From NCBI GenBank assembly GCA_963820525.1, contig CAWGAA010000001.1, forward strand, positions 2,752,001 to 2,816,000: a DNA stretch of 64,000 nt, read 5' to 3'. The position numbers and the translations under genes were made by a program. Positions 41,030 through 49,822 of this stretch are shown one piece after another. This stretch comes from an uncultured Spirochaetota bacterium. GTDB taxonomy: Bacteria > Spirochaetota > Spirochaetia > SZUA-6 > Fen-1364. The notes beneath the pieces were generated by a model. That model did not search any database. It saw only the letters and a list, made by a program, of their open reading frames with translations, and had not been told where the DNA came from. Each line of letters opens with the position of its first letter. The stretch's first letter is position 1.

Positions 41030-42559
41030 TCAGCGCTCCGGGGCAGCCGGCTTTTTTCCCCATTCAGACGGCGGCACGCCCGTGACGGACTTGAAGACCC
41101 GGCTGAAGTAGAACTGGTCCTTGTATCCCACGTAGGCGGCGACGTCCTTCAGCGGCATGCCGGGGTTGTCCGTGATGAAACGCTTGGCCGTATCCACGCG
41201 GGTTTTCGTCAGGAAATCGATGAATGACATATGCTCGTTGCGCCGGAAGAGCCTGCTCAAGTAGGTCTGGGAGACGGAGAACTTCTGGCACACGGACTGC
41301 AGGGTCAACGGATCCGCGTAGTTCTGCTCAACGTAGCGCACTATGGCTCCATAAAGTGAAGGGACATCGGTTTCCCGCCGGACATCGCAGCCCGGCCCCG
41401 CGATGCGCTGCACGATCTCCCACGCGCCCCGCGCGAGGCCGCTGAAGGAGGAGGCGCGGGAGAGAAGATCGTCCAGCTGAAGCTCCGCATCCTCCGCCGT
41501 CATTTCCTTCGGGTTTCCGGATTTCCGAAGCACCCGCAACAATACCTGGCGAAGGATTCCCTCCACCCACACGAGCGGGCGCTGCTCCCGCTCCCAGGCC
41601 GCGGCAAGCTCGCCCAGCACGGCCTCCAGTTCATGCCAGGAGGCATTGGAGAGAAGGAAATCGATACGGGACTCCAGCTCCGCGTCCAGGGCGGCCTTCG
41701 CGTCCTGGCCCGGATGCGGGGAGGCGTCGTTCATCTGCGCCGTGCGGGAAATACCGGGCACGATCGTTCTGTCCAGACCGTGTCGAAGCTCCGCCGTGTA
41801 CTTTGCGCACTGGGAAAGCTCAAAGGTTCCCGCTCCGAACATGAGAGTCGAATACCCGCTGCCTGACTTCTCCCGCACGGCGAAGACACAGCGCCTGAAG
41901 GCGGCGGTCCGCGTCAGCTCCGGCGCATGGAAGAACACCAGCTCCCGGGTGTCCCGCCCGGAGAACGCCCAGACATTGTCGCTGATAAGCTCGTCCCACG
42001 GGGGAACCAGCGCCGCCTCCTCATCCTGACCGCCGGGCGCGGCGCGGAAGCGGGAAAGAAGGCCCCCCATTCGAAGCACCGCGCCCTCGAATTTCTGGAA
42101 GGGCAGGTACCTGGCCGCCATCCCCTCCTCCACCGGCAGGCCCAGCACCGCGTTTTCGAGGATCCGCACGCGGCGATCATAGGTGTCCCGGCGGACCTTG
42201 TCGGAAATGGCTTCCAGGGCGCGCTTCAGCTCAGATGCCCGCACGGGCTTCAGCAGGTACTCCACGACGCCGGAGCGCAGCGCGCCCCTGGCGTACTCGA
42301 AGTCCTGGTAGCCGCTGACGATGATGGAGGATACCTCGGGAAGCTCCTCCTTCAACCTGGCCACAAGCTCGATGCCGTCCATCAGCGGCATCCTGATGTC
42401 CGTGATGACGAGGTCCGGCCGCAGGAGCCGGGCCTGCTTCAATCCCTCCGCGCCGTTTTCCGCGGCGGCAATTATCCGCCATTCCTTGCAGTGAAGCTGG
42501 ATGGACGAGCGAAGGTAGCGAAGCGCGGAGGGCTCGTCTTCCACCAGGATGACGGTCAT
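41030..42559 (-). CDS. Response regulator with AraC-type HTH (YesN-like)
   Basis: LVEDE, ITDIRMPLMDG, YLLKP; C-terminal VGYKDQFYFSRVFK. Confidence 0.92.
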   Translation of the reverse strand: MTVILVEDEPSALRYLRSSIQLHCKEWRIIAAAENGAEGLKQARLLRPDLVITDIRMPLMDGIELVARLKEELPEVSSIIVSGYQDFEYARGALRSGVVEYLLKPVRASELKRALEAISDKVRRDTYDRRVRILENAVLGLPVEEGMAARYLPFQKFEGAVLRMGGLLSRFRAAPGGQDEEAALVPPWDELISDNVWAFSGRDTRELVFFHAPELTRTAAFRRCVFAVREKSGSGYSTLMFGAGTFELSQCAKYTAELRHGLDRTIVPGISRTAQMNDASPHPGQDAKAALDAELESRIDFLLSNASWHELEAVLGELAAAWEREQRPLVWVEGILRQVLLRVLRKSGNPKEMTAEDAELQLDDLLSRASSFSGLARGAWEIVQRIAGPGCDVRRETDVPSLYGAIVRYVEQNYADPLTLQSVCQKFSVSQTYLSRLFRRNEHMSFIDFLTKTRVDTAKRFITDNPGMPLKDVAAYVGYKDQFYFSRVFKSVTGVPPSEWGKKPAAPER

Positions 42560-44406
42560 CGCGACCCGTCCTCCGGCACAGATCCCAAAGGCGCACCGAT
42601 GGTCACCCTGGCCCCGCCCTCCGGCGCATTCTCGAGCGTGAAGAGAAAGCCCGGTCCGTAGAACAGCGCAAGGCGCGCATACGTGTTGACCAGCCCCATG
42701 CCGCCGATGGCAAAGCCCTGCCGCGCGTCCGGCTGAGCCAGGCCCGCATCGATGGATCGAAACCGCTCGGCCAGGGAGGCGAGCGTCTCCGCGGAGAACC
42801 CCTGACCGTTATCGAGAACCTCAATGATCCAGCGGGAGCCCTGGATGAACCCGCGGACGGAAACGGACATGGCTCCTTGAGAGTTTTTGAAGCCGTGCGT
42901 CAGGGAGTTCTCCGTGATCTGCTGGAGAACGATCTTCGGGATGGCCTCCTCCAACATGGCGGGGTCCACCTCGACGCTATACTCCAGCCGATGCTCGAAG
43001 CGCGTCTTCATGAGGGAGAGGTAGGTGCGCACGTGCTCGATCTCCTCCGCGATGGTGGCGGAACGCCTGGTGGTGGAGGTGGAATAGCGGAGCATGGAGG
43101 CCAGGCCGTCGCAGATGGAGACGATCTCCTGGTCTCCCGTTTCCAGGCCCTTGTTGGCCAGCACCGTGAGGATATTGTAGATGAAGTGGGGATTCACCTG
43201 CGCCTGCAGGGAGTCCAGCCGCGCCTCCATCTGAAGCGAATGGGAGGTGATCTCGCGCTTCACGGCATCCGTGAGCCGCTGCCGCAGCCGCTGGAAGGAG
43301 AGATTGAGCGCCGCCACCTCGTCGTTGGCGCTCTCGAATACCAGCCTCTCGGGAAGATTCTCCAGCTCCGTGTTCTCCATCTTTTCCTTGAGCTGCATGA
43401 TGGGCCGGGTGAGCTGCCGGGAGGAGAGGATATTGTACGCCAGGGAGACCGCCACGATCAGGATCCCGATGAGGATGGTCATGTTGCGGTTGAACTGAAG
43501 CGGCCCCAGGAGGGCCGCCTTGTCCTGGGCCAGGACCACCCTGATCCCTGTGTAAGCGGAGACGCCGGCGGCCAGGATCTCATCCGCGCCCGAGACGGGG
43601 TTTCGAACGAGGGAGACCTCCCGCGTCGGTGACGGAAGGCGGCTGGAGTAGTATTTCACCAGCGCTGCGTTCATGGGCGTGTTGTTGTAGAAAACCTGCC
43701 CGGAGGATGTCACGGCAAGGACCGCCAGGCTTCGCTGCTCGGGGACGGAGAACAGCTTTTCGAGGTCTTCGAACGGGTTCTGCACCTCCAGGTAGCCCAT
43801 TCCTCCCGTGGGCCCCTGGACGGACCGCACCAGGCCGTATACCTGGACGCGCGGAACCGTGGACCACGGATCCGCATAGGGCGGGAGAATGAGCGCCCGG
43901 CCTCCGGCGCTGTCAGCTTCCGGGATCCACGGAAGCGAGCCAACGAGCCGCACCACATCACGAATGTCGCGATGCGTGCTGAAGTTGCTGGAGAGGAAGT
44001 CTCCGTTTCTATTGAAGACGTTGACGCTGTAGAAGTTCTTGCTGATGGAATAGCTCAAGAGCGTGCCGTTGATGATCTGCCAGCCCTCGTTGATATAGAT
44101 GAGGTTCCTGGAGTCGTTCCTGTCCAGGTTGGAAAGGCTTGCCATGGAGGACATGAAGCCGGCGTTGGACAGGAGATACGTCGTGATGAAATCCATGGGC
44201 CGGATGAGGTTGTCCAGCTGCTGCGACATCTTGTTGGCCAGAACGGAGAGATTGGCATAGGCGTCACGCTCGGACAGCCGGGCGGAATACGTATAGAACC
44301 CGATCCCGAGCGCCACGACGAGCAGGATGATTAAAAGCGAATAGGTGAGCAGAAGCCGAGTCCGAAATCTCAAACCGGTTCTCGCCTTTCTCTTCAGCGA
44401 ACCCAC
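42556..44406 (-). CDS. Sensor histidine kinase (YesM/LytS-like)
   Basis: LQAQVNPHFIYN, LQQITENSLTHG, DNGQG, GMGLVN; two TM helices and HAMP. Confidence 0.92.
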   Translation of the reverse strand: MGSLKRKARTGLRFRTRLLLTYSLLIILLVVALGIGFYTYSARLSERDAYANLSVLANKMSQQLDNLIRPMDFITTYLLSNAGFMSSMASLSNLDRNDSRNLIYINEGWQIINGTLLSYSISKNFYSVNVFNRNGDFLSSNFSTHRDIRDVVRLVGSLPWIPEADSAGGRALILPPYADPWSTVPRVQVYGLVRSVQGPTGGMGYLEVQNPFEDLEKLFSVPEQRSLAVLAVTSSGQVFYNNTPMNAALVKYYSSRLPSPTREVSLVRNPVSGADEILAAGVSAYTGIRVVLAQDKAALLGPLQFNRNMTILIGILIVAVSLAYNILSSRQLTRPIMQLKEKMENTELENLPERLVFESANDEVAALNLSFQRLRQRLTDAVKREITSHSLQMEARLDSLQAQVNPHFIYNILTVLANKGLETGDQEIVSICDGLASMLRYSTSTTRRSATIAEEIEHVRTYLSLMKTRFEHRLEYSVEVDPAMLEEAIPKIVLQQITENSLTHGFKNSQGAMSVSVRGFIQGSRWIIEVLDNGQGFSAETLASLAERFRSIDAGLAQPDARQGFAIGGMGLVNTYARLALFYGPGFLFTLENAPEGGARVTIGAPLGSVPEDGSR

Positions 44407-44558
44407 ATTTTACCAGATGCCGAAAGCACCCTCAATCGAGCGGGGGCTTGCTTGTTAAACGATTACAGCCTATTCCTTAATAAGAAAACTCGTAATTAAA
44501 GTTTGCTTATAGAAGTCGCGGCCGATCCTGATTACTATTTTTCCCGATCAATCGAGTT

Positions 44559-44605
44559 CACCATGAATATCCTTCTTGCAATGGATGATTTTCATGGTGT
44601 ATCAT
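44559..44605 (+). promoter_or_regulatory. Promoter enclosed by an inverted repeat, probably leaderless transcript
   Basis: CACCATGAA (44559-44567)/TTCATGGTG (44591-44599); TTGCAA-N18-TATCAT ending 6 nt before ATG 44612; no SD. Confidence 0.45.
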
Positions 44606-44611
44606 AGGGCC

Positions 44612-45772
44612 ATGGTAGAGCGCGCTTTTATACTCGATAAATTGAAGGTGGCCCTGTCGCGCAGTCGCGTCGTCGTACTGGCCGGGCCGCGCCAGTGCGG
44701 CAAGACGACGCTGGCACGGCAACTTCTCAGCGAGGATTCGGTCAACTACTTCGACCTGGAGGATCCTACCGGCCTTGCTCGACTGGATGAGCCAATGACC
44801 GCGCTCGGACATTTGCAGGGCCTGGTAGTGATCGACGAGGTGCAGCGGCGGCAGGATCTTTTCCCCGTTTTGCGGGTTCTGGCAGATCGTCGGGACAACC
44901 CCGCCCGTTTTCTGATTCTGGGCAGCGCTTCGGGCGACCTTCTGCGTCAGACTTCGGAGAGCCTGGCGGGGAGAATGGAGCGCGTGACAATCAGCGGCTT
45001 TTCGCTGCGGGAGTTGGGCGCAGAAGCGGAACAAACCTTATGGCTGCGCGGCGGTTTCCCGCTCTCCTACCTGGCAGGCAGCGAAGCCGATAGCGCGGAA
45101 TGGCGGAAGAGCTTTATCCAAACCCTGCTTGAACGTGATTTCCCGCAATGGGGCGTCCGCGTGCCTGCCGTGGCCTTGCAGCGCTTCTGGACAATGCTCG
45201 CGCACTATCATGGACAGACCTGGAACGCGGCCGAACCAGCCCGGGCGCTGGGTGTGAGCGAATCCACCGCCCGCCGCTATCTCGATCTGCTGACGGACGC
45301 CTTCCTTATCCGGCAGTTGCATCCCTATTATGCCAACATCAGCAAACGGCAGGTCAAGGCCCCAAAGGTCTCCGTGCGCGACAGCGGGCTTTTGCACCAG
45401 CTTCTCGGCATCAACACGCTGAAGGAACTGCTGAGCCATCCCAAAGTCGGCGCCTCATGGGAAGGGTTTGTTATCGAGCAGGTATTGATGACGGAGCCGC
45501 ATGACGAAGCCCTCTTCTGGGCCACGCATCAGGGAGCGGAGATCGACCTGATCCTGAGGCGTGGCAGCGAGCTTTTGGGCGTAGAGTGCAAGCGGACCGA
45601 CACTCCACGCATGACCCCGTCCATCCGCATCGCCCTTGAAAATCTTGGGCTTGCGCGGGTGGCCGTGCTCTACCCCGGGACGAAGCGTTTTCCAATTACG
45701 GAACGGGTGGAAGCCGTGCCTCTTCAGACGATGGTCAAAGGTATTTCGCTTTTCGAGGGGGGCGAGTCATGA
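44612..45772 (+). CDS. AAA_14 ATPase with DUF4143 domain
   Basis: GPRQCGKTT, IDEVQ, LGSAS, ESLAGR, RGGFP, DSGLLH, EIDL..VECK. Confidence 0.9.
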   Translation: MVERAFILDKLKVALSRSRVVVLAGPRQCGKTTLARQLLSEDSVNYFDLEDPTGLARLDEPMTALGHLQGLVVIDEVQRRQDLFPVLRVLADRRDNPARFLILGSASGDLLRQTSESLAGRMERVTISGFSLRELGAEAEQTLWLRGGFPLSYLAGSEADSAEWRKSFIQTLLERDFPQWGVRVPAVALQRFWTMLAHYHGQTWNAAEPARALGVSESTARRYLDLLTDAFLIRQLHPYYANISKRQVKAPKVSVRDSGLLHQLLGINTLKELLSHPKVGASWEGFVIEQVLMTEPHDEALFWATHQGAEIDLILRRGSELLGVECKRTDTPRMTPSIRIALENLGLARVAVLYPGTKRFPITERVEAVPLQTMVKGISLFEGGES

Positions 45773-45788
45773 GTTTGGGCTTTGAACG

Positions 45789-46406
45789 CTATCGCGGCGA
45801 TTGCTTGAAAAGCCCCTGAGCGAGCAGCCCTAGATAAAAAGAAGCCATCTGACGCGGCGTGAATGCCCGGGGGTGGTCCATCCACCAGAAGGCAAGGCCC
45901 ATGAGGATGGAGGTCAAGACGCGGGTTGCTAGGGGCAGGGGGATGGAGAGGTGCTCCTCTCCAACAACCCGCAACCTGCTCTCTTGGAGAAAGTCGTCAA
46001 CAAAAGCCTCCATCTGTTCCAGCAGTATCGGGCCTGCCGCTCCTGATATCAGGGGGCGGAAGATTTTCTCATGACGGTGGACCATCTCGAAGAAAGTGGA
46101 AACTCTCACGAGCACCCTGTCCGGGTTGGCAGAGCCGGGGGGAGCGGACGCGTCGATGCGGGCAAAGAAATCACCCAGGAGTGAGGCCAGACCTCTATCC
46201 AGAAGATCCGAGGTGCCCTCGAAATGTCGATAAAAAGTGGCGCGATTCACGCCCGCGCACCTCGCGATTTGAGCCACGCTCACCTTTTTCATCCCTTGCA
46301 CCGCGCAGATCTCGATGAACGCCTCGACAAGAGTATTTCTGGTCCTGCTGGAGCGATTGTCCAAGGCTTGGGGGCGGGCCGCGCCTGTCCGGCGTACCGG
46401 CTTCAC
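45789..46406 (-). CDS. TetR/AcrR family transcriptional regulator
   Basis: VSVAQIARCAGVNRATFYRHF HTH. Confidence 0.88.
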   Translation of the reverse strand: MKPVRRTGAARPQALDNRSSRTRNTLVEAFIEICAVQGMKKVSVAQIARCAGVNRATFYRHFEGTSDLLDRGLASLLGDFFARIDASAPPGSANPDRVLVRVSTFFEMVHRHEKIFRPLISGAAGPILLEQMEAFVDDFLQESRLRVVGEEHLSIPLPLATRVLTSILMGLAFWWMDHPRAFTPRQMASFYLGLLAQGLFKQSPR

Positions 46407-46451
46407 ATTTCCTCCATAAAGCGTTGCAGATGCGACAGTTTTTGCCGGATC

Positions 46452-46466
46452 TGTTGCCTGGCAACA
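46452..46466. promoter_or_regulatory. Probable TetR operator between divergent genes
   Basis: Perfect TGTTGCC-T-GGCAACA palindrome; a weaker related copy near 46423-46436. Confidence 0.5.
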
Positions 46467-46556
46467 AGGCCTCTTTCGCTGACAGCGCGCATCTACCTCA
46501 CTATAGTCCTGCCATGAACGTCACACAACATGACGGCGCATAACCAGGGGGAAGGA

Positions 46557-47234
46557 ATGAAAGATCGCGGGAAAGTTCAAAAGAGGTTTCTTCAAGTAGC
46601 GTTCCAGATCGTTCTCTTCGCAGTGCTGCTGTTTGTTTCCGCCGGCAGGCTGGCATGGGTTTGGGCCTGGATATATATCGGATTGTATGTCCTCGTTGTT
46701 GCGGTGAACGCATTCGTCCTGCCACCCGACCTGATCGAGGAGCGCGGCAGATCCAAGGAAAACGTCAAGCCGTGGGACAGACTGATTATGACGCTGAATA
46801 TCCTTCCTGCTTTAAGCCTGTTGATCGTGGCCGGCCTGGACTTTCGCTTGGGATGGACTTTTCCTTTTGCGGCTTGGATTCGGGTGGCTGCAGCGGCCAT
46901 CATGATCCTGGGAAATGCTCTGTTTACTTGGGCCATGATATCAAACCACTACTTCTCAACCGCGGTGCGCCTTCAGCTCGATCGAAATCATCAGGTGGCG
47001 ACCGGAGGCCCGTATAGATACGTTCGCCACCCCGGGTACGTCGGGTTTATCGTCTTGAATCTGGCTACGCCTCTCATTCTGGGGTCCCTTTGGGCGCTGA
47101 TTCCGGCAGCCGTCATGATGGTGCTTTTCATCGTTCGCACCGCTTTAGAGGATGCAACGCTGAGGAAAGAGCTGGATGGCTATCAAGAGTATGCGATGAG
47201 GGTTCGCTACAAGCTAGTCCTGGGGATTTGGTGA
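46557..47234 (+). CDS. Isoprenylcysteine carboxyl methyltransferase (ICMT/PEMT) family membrane protein
   Basis: NHYFSTAVR, GPYRYVRHPGY, RTALEDATL..EL.GY.EY...V.YKL. Confidence 0.88.
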   Translation: MKDRGKVQKRFLQVAFQIVLFAVLLFVSAGRLAWVWAWIYIGLYVLVVAVNAFVLPPDLIEERGRSKENVKPWDRLIMTLNILPALSLLIVAGLDFRLGWTFPFAAWIRVAAAAIMILGNALFTWAMISNHYFSTAVRLQLDRNHQVATGGPYRYVRHPGYVGFIVLNLATPLILGSLWALIPAAVMMVLFIVRTALEDATLRKELDGYQEYAMRVRYKLVLGIW

Positions 47235-47254
47235 GCTGAGCGGGCCAAGTCTCT

Positions 47255-47639
47255 TAAGGGGATCAGCTCTATTGAAGAGGGCAATCGGTTTCTTCGGGCT
47301 GTATTCACGGAGAAGCTCAACAAAAAGCTGGCTGTTCTTCCTGTTTCACAGACCAACTTTCACCACCTCGTGGACCACAGACTTGATCTGCGGAGGATGC
47401 TTTGCTGGGAAGAACTACACAGCGTTAGCCATGACCGGGTGGTAAGACACCGTAGCCTTTTGTATCAGATCCTTCGGGACAACCGCCCAAGGCCAAGACA
47501 CAAGGATCATGTGATTGTTCAGGGCTGGTTGGATGGCTCTTTGCATATCTATTTCAAGGGCAAGGAGCTGAAGGTACAGAAAGTGACGGACATTTCCAGG
47601 TAAGAGGTCTGATGGGGACATTTCTAATGAGTCTGGACA
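47255..47639 (+). mobile_element. Remnant (3' end and right terminus) of an ISNCY/IS1202-group insertion sequence
   Basis: Reads KGISSIEEGNRFL..FTEKLNKKLAV...DLRRMLCWEELHSVSHD...DGSLHIYFKGKEL; repeated GGACATTTC subterminal motifs (47588, 47616) and an end in ...GGACA. Confidence 0.7.
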
Positions 47640-47652
47640 ATGCGTAGCACGC

Positions 47653-47685
47653 GCTCTTGACAAGAGCTATGCCTGCTGCTACTGT
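47653..47685 (+). promoter_or_regulatory. Promoter of the 8-gene island operon with palindrome over -35
   Basis: TTGACA (47657-47662)-N17-TACTGT (47680-47685) with extended TG; GCTCTTG-A-CAAGAGC palindrome 47653-47667. Confidence 0.6.
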
Positions 47686-47845
47686 TTTATTTCGCAGGGG
47701 AAAGAGTTTATCTCGCCCAACAGTACTACCTTGATGAAGGGGGTAGTCTATCCTAAGGGCTAGCTATATCAGACTTTCGCAGCCAATCAGCCTTTCAAGG
47801 CTAAGAGAATGCTGAATTCAATAAAGTAGGCTACCTCGCACTGGA

Positions 47846-49822
47846 ATGGAGATGATGAGCGCAACCAAGAAAGCTACAACCTCAAAGTCGTCAAAGATTG
47901 CCTCGGGCTCATCTACAAAAGCTCGTAAGATCACTTTGAGGCCTTTGTCATCACCCCTAAAGGTCAAATCAACTTCCGTATCTGACTCCCATAGGTCCAT
48001 CATGGTGATTTCCGAGAACGGCAAGGAAGTCCGGCTACTTCTACACCGTTTTGCACTCGTCGGGCCCAGCGACAAGATCTTGTTGGACTCGGCACAAGCC
48101 TCCCGAATTTTTGTTGAGTCTGCGGATCCATCTAGAAAGGCCATACCCGTTTCGCCGCACTTTGAGAAAAGGTCAACTTTACGCTTGGGAGCAAGAGACT
48201 ATTCGATTCTCGTGAAGGAAATAACCACTCCAAGCGACCTCAAGGAATACGAGTATCTAGAGGGCTTTCACTATAAGACTTCCTCTGCCATCGTTACTGA
48301 CGAAGATGAGCCGAGCAAAAGCGGCCTCAATGTTGGTGGAAGAAAAGCCATACTTATCGCCTACATCCAAGTTGGCAAGCGCATGATACCTGCCGGGTAC
48401 ATAGATCTCCAAATGCCTTTGCTAATGGTAAAGCCAAGACACGAGCTCTTTAACAACGGCTTTTTCCACCCTGATCGCGATATCTCTTGGGATACATGGG
48501 ATATCAAGAGCATGAGGAAATACGTAAATCTGATTGTTAGGATTGCAAGAATAGTGACAAGCCCCGATCTTAGGGGCTTAGGTCTTGCACGCATAATAAT
48601 CGATGCTGCTAAAGACTATGCCAGAGAACGGTGGCATGTCTATGGCAAGTCTCCACTCTTCATGGAAATCTCAGCTGAAATGCTCAAGTACATGGACTTC
48701 GTGACATCTGCTGGAATGCATTTTGTCGGTAACACCGAAGGAAATCTTTCGAGAGTTCACAAAGATCTACTTCAAATGCAGAGAGGCCAGAAACTCACTT
48801 TTGGGATTATGACACTTCAGAAAAAGTATCTCACGAACTTAAGGCATCTATCGGAAAGTCTACACATCTCTTTTCCAGAGGTGCTCGATAGACTGAAGGC
48901 ACTTACTAAAAACTCTAGCGAAAAAGAGCTTCGATCAAAACTGAATAAATTGAGTGGTCAAGAATGGTTCCTATTCAAAAGAGTGCTCAGATTCCCTATT
49001 CCATATTTTATATGTGGCCTAGATGATGCGTCCGAATCATTTGTACAAAAACACTCACTAACCCCTCCAAGCAAGACTACCCAAAACAAGACATTTCAAT
49101 CTGCAAGGATTGGACTTAAGGATATTAGAGCTACCTCGACATACGAGATCCCAGACAGTGAGCAAGCTCGCGCGATACGTGACTGTTTTGGACTTGATGG
49201 GAATACTTTGAAGGTATCTCTCGTCGGACCTGTCACAATAGAGGCCTCGGGGGGAAACATCATTCTGATTACGGGTCCAAGCGGAAGCGGAAAAAGTGTA
49301 CTTTTGCGAGCAATCGCAGATGACAGTGAGACGAAACTAATTCATACCACATATATAAAAACCGTTGACAAACCATTCGTAGTTGGTTGGCTGACCGAAA
49401 TTAATAGTGATAAACCCATTATTGAATACTTCAGTGGTATTTGGGGAATGGAATCCTCTATTTCTGCATTAAATCAAGCAGGATTGTCCGAAGCATTTGT
49501 ATATCTGAGGCCATATAAACTCTTAAGTAGAGGACAACAATATCGTGCGCGTCTAGCTGCGCTTAGCCTTGGCTCGGCTAACGTTTGGCTTATGGATGAG
49601 TTCTGCGCAGACCTTGATCCCTTCACTGCCCGAATTGTATCAAATAATTTGCGGAAGCACGTTGTGAGAACTGGAAGGATCGCGATAGTTGCCGCAGCAA
49701 ACAACGCTCACTACATAGACGCGTTGATGCCCAACAGGATCATCTACCTTAGGCACAACGGCCGTTGCGAGGTATTTAAATATAAGGAATACATAGATGA
49801 GTTTCGTATCAACGCAAGCTGA
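47846..49822 (+). CDS. GNAT acetyltransferase - ABC-type ATPase fusion (COG2401-like)
   Basis: YLEGFHY; RIARIVTSPDLRGLGLA (acetyl-CoA motif A); GPSGSGKS, LSRGQQYR, WLMDEFCADLD; no TM segments and no permease neighbour. Confidence 0.8.
   Translation: MEMMSATKKATTSKSSKIASGSSTKARKITLRPLSSPLKVKSTSVSDSHRSIMVISENGKEVRLLLHRFALVGPSDKILLDSAQASRIFVESADPSRKAIPVSPHFEKRSTLRLGARDYSILVKEITTPSDLKEYEYLEGFHYKTSSAIVTDEDEPSKSGLNVGGRKAILIAYIQVGKRMIPAGYIDLQMPLLMVKPRHELFNNGFFHPDRDISWDTWDIKSMRKYVNLIVRIARIVTSPDLRGLGLARIIIDAAKDYARERWHVYGKSPLFMEISAEMLKYMDFVTSAGMHFVGNTEGNLSRVHKDLLQMQRGQKLTFGIMTLQKKYLTNLRHLSESLHISFPEVLDRLKALTKNSSEKELRSKLNKLSGQEWFLFKRVLRFPIPYFICGLDDASESFVQKHSLTPPSKTTQNKTFQSARIGLKDIRATSTYEIPDSEQARAIRDCFGLDGNTLKVSLVGPVTIEASGGNIILITGPSGSGKSVLLRAIADDSETKLIHTTYIKTVDKPFVVGWLTEINSDKPIIEYFSGIWGMESSISALNQAGLSEAFVYLRPYKLLSRGQQYRARLAALSLGSANVWLMDEFCADLDPFTARIVSNNLRKHVVRTGRIAIVAAANNAHYIDALMPNRIIYLRHNGRCEVFKYKEYIDEFRINAS

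Noticed and set aside
47846..49822. ABC transporter ATP-binding subunit
   Set aside because: It is fused to a GNAT domain, with no permease or binding protein adjacent.
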